Shown one piece after another: positions 60,947 through 64,000 of a stretch of DNA of 64,000 nt (positions within the stretch are counted from its first letter, which is position 1; each line of letters begins with the position of its first letter). Below the pieces are notes generated by a model. That model was not told the DNA's origin and did no database searches. It saw nothing but the letters and a program-made list of their open reading frames with translations. A program made the position numbers and the translations under genes. This stretch comes from an uncultured bacterium (GTDB lineage: Bacteria; Zixibacteria; MSB-5A5; CAIYYT01). The stretch spans positions 1,344,001 through 1,408,000 of the forward strand of contig CAVSCK010000004.1 in NCBI GenBank assembly GCA_963726455.1, given 5' to 3'.

Positions 60947-61915
60947 TCAGAATCCTACTGCAAAGCCAAAGATTGATTCCCAACCACCAATGTTCTGCGC
61001 TTGTTCCACGGCGATGTCAATCATCACGGCGATCTTTCCCACCGGCAACTTGAATCCCGCACCGAAAGTCGGTTGTCCATGCGACAATCCGGCCCGCAAT
61101 GCCGCTTGTTCAATGAGGTGGTACTCACCTCCTGCGTACAGACGCATTTTGCTGTTCTGGTTGAACTCACCATCGACGGCCAAAAGCAGTTTCGACTTGA
61201 GGCACAACACCGACGAACCCAGCTTGACCTGCAGCGGGACGTTGTCCGTATGCGCGGTACCCAGACCGCCGAGGGGTCCCCAGTAATCGCCGGTATTCCA
61301 GGGATATTTCGCCGAGATATTGCGCACTGTTGCGCCGACGCGCACCAGGTTGAACGGGCTTCCTTCGGGTAGACCGGCGCCCGGCCGGATGTGCAACATG
61401 CCACCGATATCGAAGCCGGCGGAGTTGGCCTTGGTCGTCTCAAGTTTTTTGTAATAGTATCGCACATCTCCGCCCAACGTCACAAAGCGCGAAAACCGGC
61501 GCGAGAAGATGATGGAAAACACCGCATCAGTGTTGTTCAAAGTTCCCGTCGGTTCGCCGCGATTATTTCGGCCTTCAATATCACCCATCGAGGCCATCTC
61601 GGCGGAAAAACCGATTGCCGCTTCGCCGCGCACCGGAAACAGCACCGCCAACTGTTGCAGCGAACGCTGGTAGGACATGTCGCGATAAGCGCCGCCCACG
61701 GTTGCTCTCTGCACTTGCGCCACCGCGCCGGGATTGAAAAACACCCCGGAAATGTCATCGGATACGGCGGTATAGGCATTGCCCATTCCCGTCGCGCGAG
61801 GATTCATCGAAAGTTGCAGGTACGCGCCTGCATAGCCGCCGTCCTCCGCGGCGAACAACATCGCCGGCAGACCGAGCAACAGCGCCACCAATATGAAAGA
61901 TATGTTCTTCTTCAT
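60947..61915 (-). CDS. PorV/PorQ family outer-membrane protein
   Basis: YL.L....RATGMGNAYTAVSDD.S.VFFNP, ALRAG and terminal Phe. Confidence 0.85.
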   Translation of the reverse strand: MKKNISFILVALLLGLPAMLFAAEDGGYAGAYLQLSMNPRATGMGNAYTAVSDDISGVFFNPGAVAQVQRATVGGAYRDMSYQRSLQQLAVLFPVRGEAAIGFSAEMASMGDIEGRNNRGEPTGTLNNTDAVFSIIFSRRFSRFVTLGGDVRYYYKKLETTKANSAGFDIGGMLHIRPGAGLPEGSPFNLVRVGATVRNISAKYPWNTGDYWGPLGGLGTAHTDNVPLQVKLGSSVLCLKSKLLLAVDGEFNQNSKMRLYAGGEYHLIEQAALRAGLSHGQPTFGAGFKLPVGKIAVMIDIAVEQAQNIGGWESIFGFAVGF

Positions 61916-61916
61916 A

Positions 61917-64000
61917 CTACGGTATCACCATGAATTTGCCCGTGAGCTTGTCGCCGCCGGACGATTCAATTATATACAGATAAACTCCTCCCGCAACAAT
62001 GTCACCCTTGCCGTTGCGGCCATCCCAACGATCAATGTCATCGTATTGCGTGTCACCACTACGACTGATGCCGCTGGCAATGGTCTTGACCAGATTATTC
62101 GCGAAATCGTATATCTTGATCGAGACATCACCCGCCTGCTTCAGCTTATAGTGAAATTTTAAAGGGCCATCCGCGAGATACGGAGAAAACGGATTGGGAG
62201 TAACGTAAGAGCGTTGATCATCAGCCGCCGTGGGCGAAATGGGGTAGAATGTACGGATGATTTGCCAATCAACGAGATTCGCACTATGGGCGACGCCATC
62301 ATTAGTGCCGACCCAGAGTTCGCCGTTGATATATTTTGCCGCGTATACTTCCACGTTCCCGCCTATGTTTCGGCCCGAAACCGGATCATTAATTTGAAGG
62401 GTGGTCCAGTCCGACCCTGAGTTCGTACTCATCTTCAGGCCTTCCGAGGCAGGTACCCAAACGGTATCGCCATTGAAATCGAAATTCCACGCGCTGACGC
62501 CGTCAAGAGGGAGTCTCCAGGTTCTGCCACGGTCAGTCGTCGTGCAGACGCCGTTATGTTGATAAGTGCTGGTCGCCCGTACCGCCGCCCAGAGAGTGCT
62601 CTGGCCGCCGCGATGCTGAATCCCCATTGCCGGTATGAAACTGCCGGCCAATTCGGTATCTGCCGGTACTGCCCCCTTCGGAGCCGACGTTCCCACAAAA
62701 TCGAAACTGTCGGCTACAGTGTTGGCTTTCAAAACCGTCCAGTACGGGATAGCTATATTAGTGTCGGAGAAGAGCGTCACGAACGCTGCCCCTTGATCGA
62801 ACGACCCGATATGAGTTTCAAACGGCGACGACGCCACCGAGAGCAACCGCGCATACCTTCCAATTGTATTGGCCTGATCGGCCACCGGCGGAGAATTCCA
62901 GTGCTGGCCGAAGTCAACCGTCTGATATAATCCTTCATCGGTCGCGACCCATACGAGTGTGTCCTTGAATTGATCCACTATCGAAATGTCATTCGGCGTC
63001 ACCGCAGGCGGTCCAGTCAGGTTGGATGTCCAGGTGCTCCCGCCATCTAAGCTCCGTAAGATTGCGGACCGGACATCGCTGCCCGTTCTCAGAGTATGTG
63101 TAGCAGCCCAGATTTCGTCTCCGTTCGCCGTCACCATGGTGCTGATTGACACAACCTGCTGGCCGTGCAGGGTGTCATCGACTAAAGGCCGATAGACTGC
63201 CGAGTCGAGCGTTGCAAGATTCGCGAAATAGAAAGAGACTAGTCCCGAATCGGTGCCTGCGAGAACCTTGGTGAACGACTCTCGCGGCGCGATATCGACG
63301 CAATGGATTCTGTTTCTCACATCAGCGGGTGAAGTGTTGGTTGAGTCGAGATAGTAATTAGTCCAGGTCATCCCCTGATTGGTGGACCGAATAAGGCCGC
63401 CCTGATTACACGCCGCCCAGATGTCTCCGCCATGAACTGATATTTTCTCAACCATCTTATTTGCGCCGGTCGCCTGTTCGGGAGTTTCCGTGAACCAGTC
63501 GCGACCGCCGTTGGTCGAGACGACGAATCCCAGCGAAGTCTGACTCAGAGTATCGTAGATGCCGGCGCAGACCAGATTTCCGGCAGCTCCAATCGCCGAC
63601 ACGAAATTGCCCGGTAGCCCATTGTCCGTATTGTAGGTAAGGAAGATGAAGGTACTGTCATTGAATTTCGTCGTACCGCGGTCGGTGGCATACCACCAGG
63701 TCTCACCATCATAGGCGATATCATTAATGCGATTGCTCGCAAGCTTCTTGTGTTTGCCAATGTAGTAAAAACGTTGAATTCCGCCCGCCGTACCGGCCCA
63801 GACAATGACCGTGTCGTCGTGGTAGGGATCAATCAAAGCGGAAAAGTATCTGCCGGTCAGGTAGTTGTATTGCTTGTTCTCGAAATCGTTTCTCAACAGC
63901 GTGTCGGCGAAAACATTCTGCCAGGTTTGCCCATAGTCCAGACTTCGTATCAAGCCGCCATAGAAGCATGGCGCCCAAACGGCTGAATCACGCACCGCCA
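61917..64000 (-). CDS. Secreted beta-propeller (BNR) protein with C-terminal FlgD/T9SS-type sorting domain, 5'-truncated
   Basis: Repeated S.D.G.TW boxes and LWVGT.DG; C-terminal PNPFSP...V.IKIYD...LVK.I...WDGRN.KG..VA.GVYLY.I...GKF.VI. Confidence 0.85.
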   Translation of the reverse strand, partial: AVRDSAVWAPCFYGGLIRSLDYGQTWQNVFADTLLRNDFENKQYNYLTGRYFSALIDPYHDDTVIVWAGTAGGIQRFYYIGKHKKLASNRINDIAYDGETWWYATDRGTTKFNDSTFIFLTYNTDNGLPGNFVSAIGAAGNLVCAGIYDTLSQTSLGFVVSTNGGRDWFTETPEQATGANKMVEKISVHGGDIWAACNQGGLIRSTNQGMTWTNYYLDSTNTSPADVRNRIHCVDIAPRESFTKVLAGTDSGLVSFYFANLATLDSAVYRPLVDDTLHGQQVVSISTMVTANGDEIWAATHTLRTGSDVRSAILRSLDGGSTWTSNLTGPPAVTPNDISIVDQFKDTLVWVATDEGLYQTVDFGQHWNSPPVADQANTIGRYARLLSVASSPFETHIGSFDQGAAFVTLFSDTNIAIPYWTVLKANTVADSFDFVGTSAPKGAVPADTELAGSFIPAMGIQHRGGQSTLWAAVRATSTYQHNGVCTTTDRGRTWRLPLDGVSAWNFDFNGDTVWVPASEGLKMSTNSGSDWTTLQINDPVSGRNIGGNVEVYAAKYINGELWVGTNDGVAHSANLVDWQIIRTFYPISPTAADDQRSYVTPNPFSPYLADGPLKFHYKLKQAGDVSIKIYDFANNLVKTIASGISRSGDTQYDDIDRWDGRNGKGDIVAGGVYLYIIESSGGDKLTGKFMVIP

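Overview
Bacterial chromosomal window with moderately high GC. It most likely comes from an FCB-group organism resembling candidate phylum Zixibacteria. This is an inference from the 'CGDADxSGxVDISDAVYLIAYIFSGG' dockerin-type module, FlgD/T9SS-type C-terminal sorting domains and PorV-family barrels. Housekeeping blocks are lpdA, aroE-C-K-B-Q, pfkA-gap-pgk-tpiA-secG, rmlACBD, pyk, ligA and an isocitrate/isopropylmalate dehydrogenase. Accessory content includes a sugar ABC transporter plus secreted GH38-PA14 mannosidase operon, a probable sigma54-driven outer-membrane barrel/lipoprotein operon, a lysozyme-like enzyme, and an abortive-infection-like gene bracketed by REP-like palindromes. There is also an ACP/FkbH cassette with no PKS nearby. 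The most striking feature is a ~2,226-aa secreted protein with 16 tandem 86-aa Cys-containing Ig-like repeats followed by cohesin-like, dockerin-like and sorting domains, lying next to a dockerin-bearing BNR enzyme; together they are a candidate cellulosome-like surface scaffold. A candidate sigma54/IHF-dependent ~100-nt small RNA lies at ~13.7-13.8 kb. Four single-base frameshifts look like sequencing or consensus errors. No rRNA, tRNA, CRISPR array or transposase was seen. All calls come from motif recognition by eye; no database searches were run.
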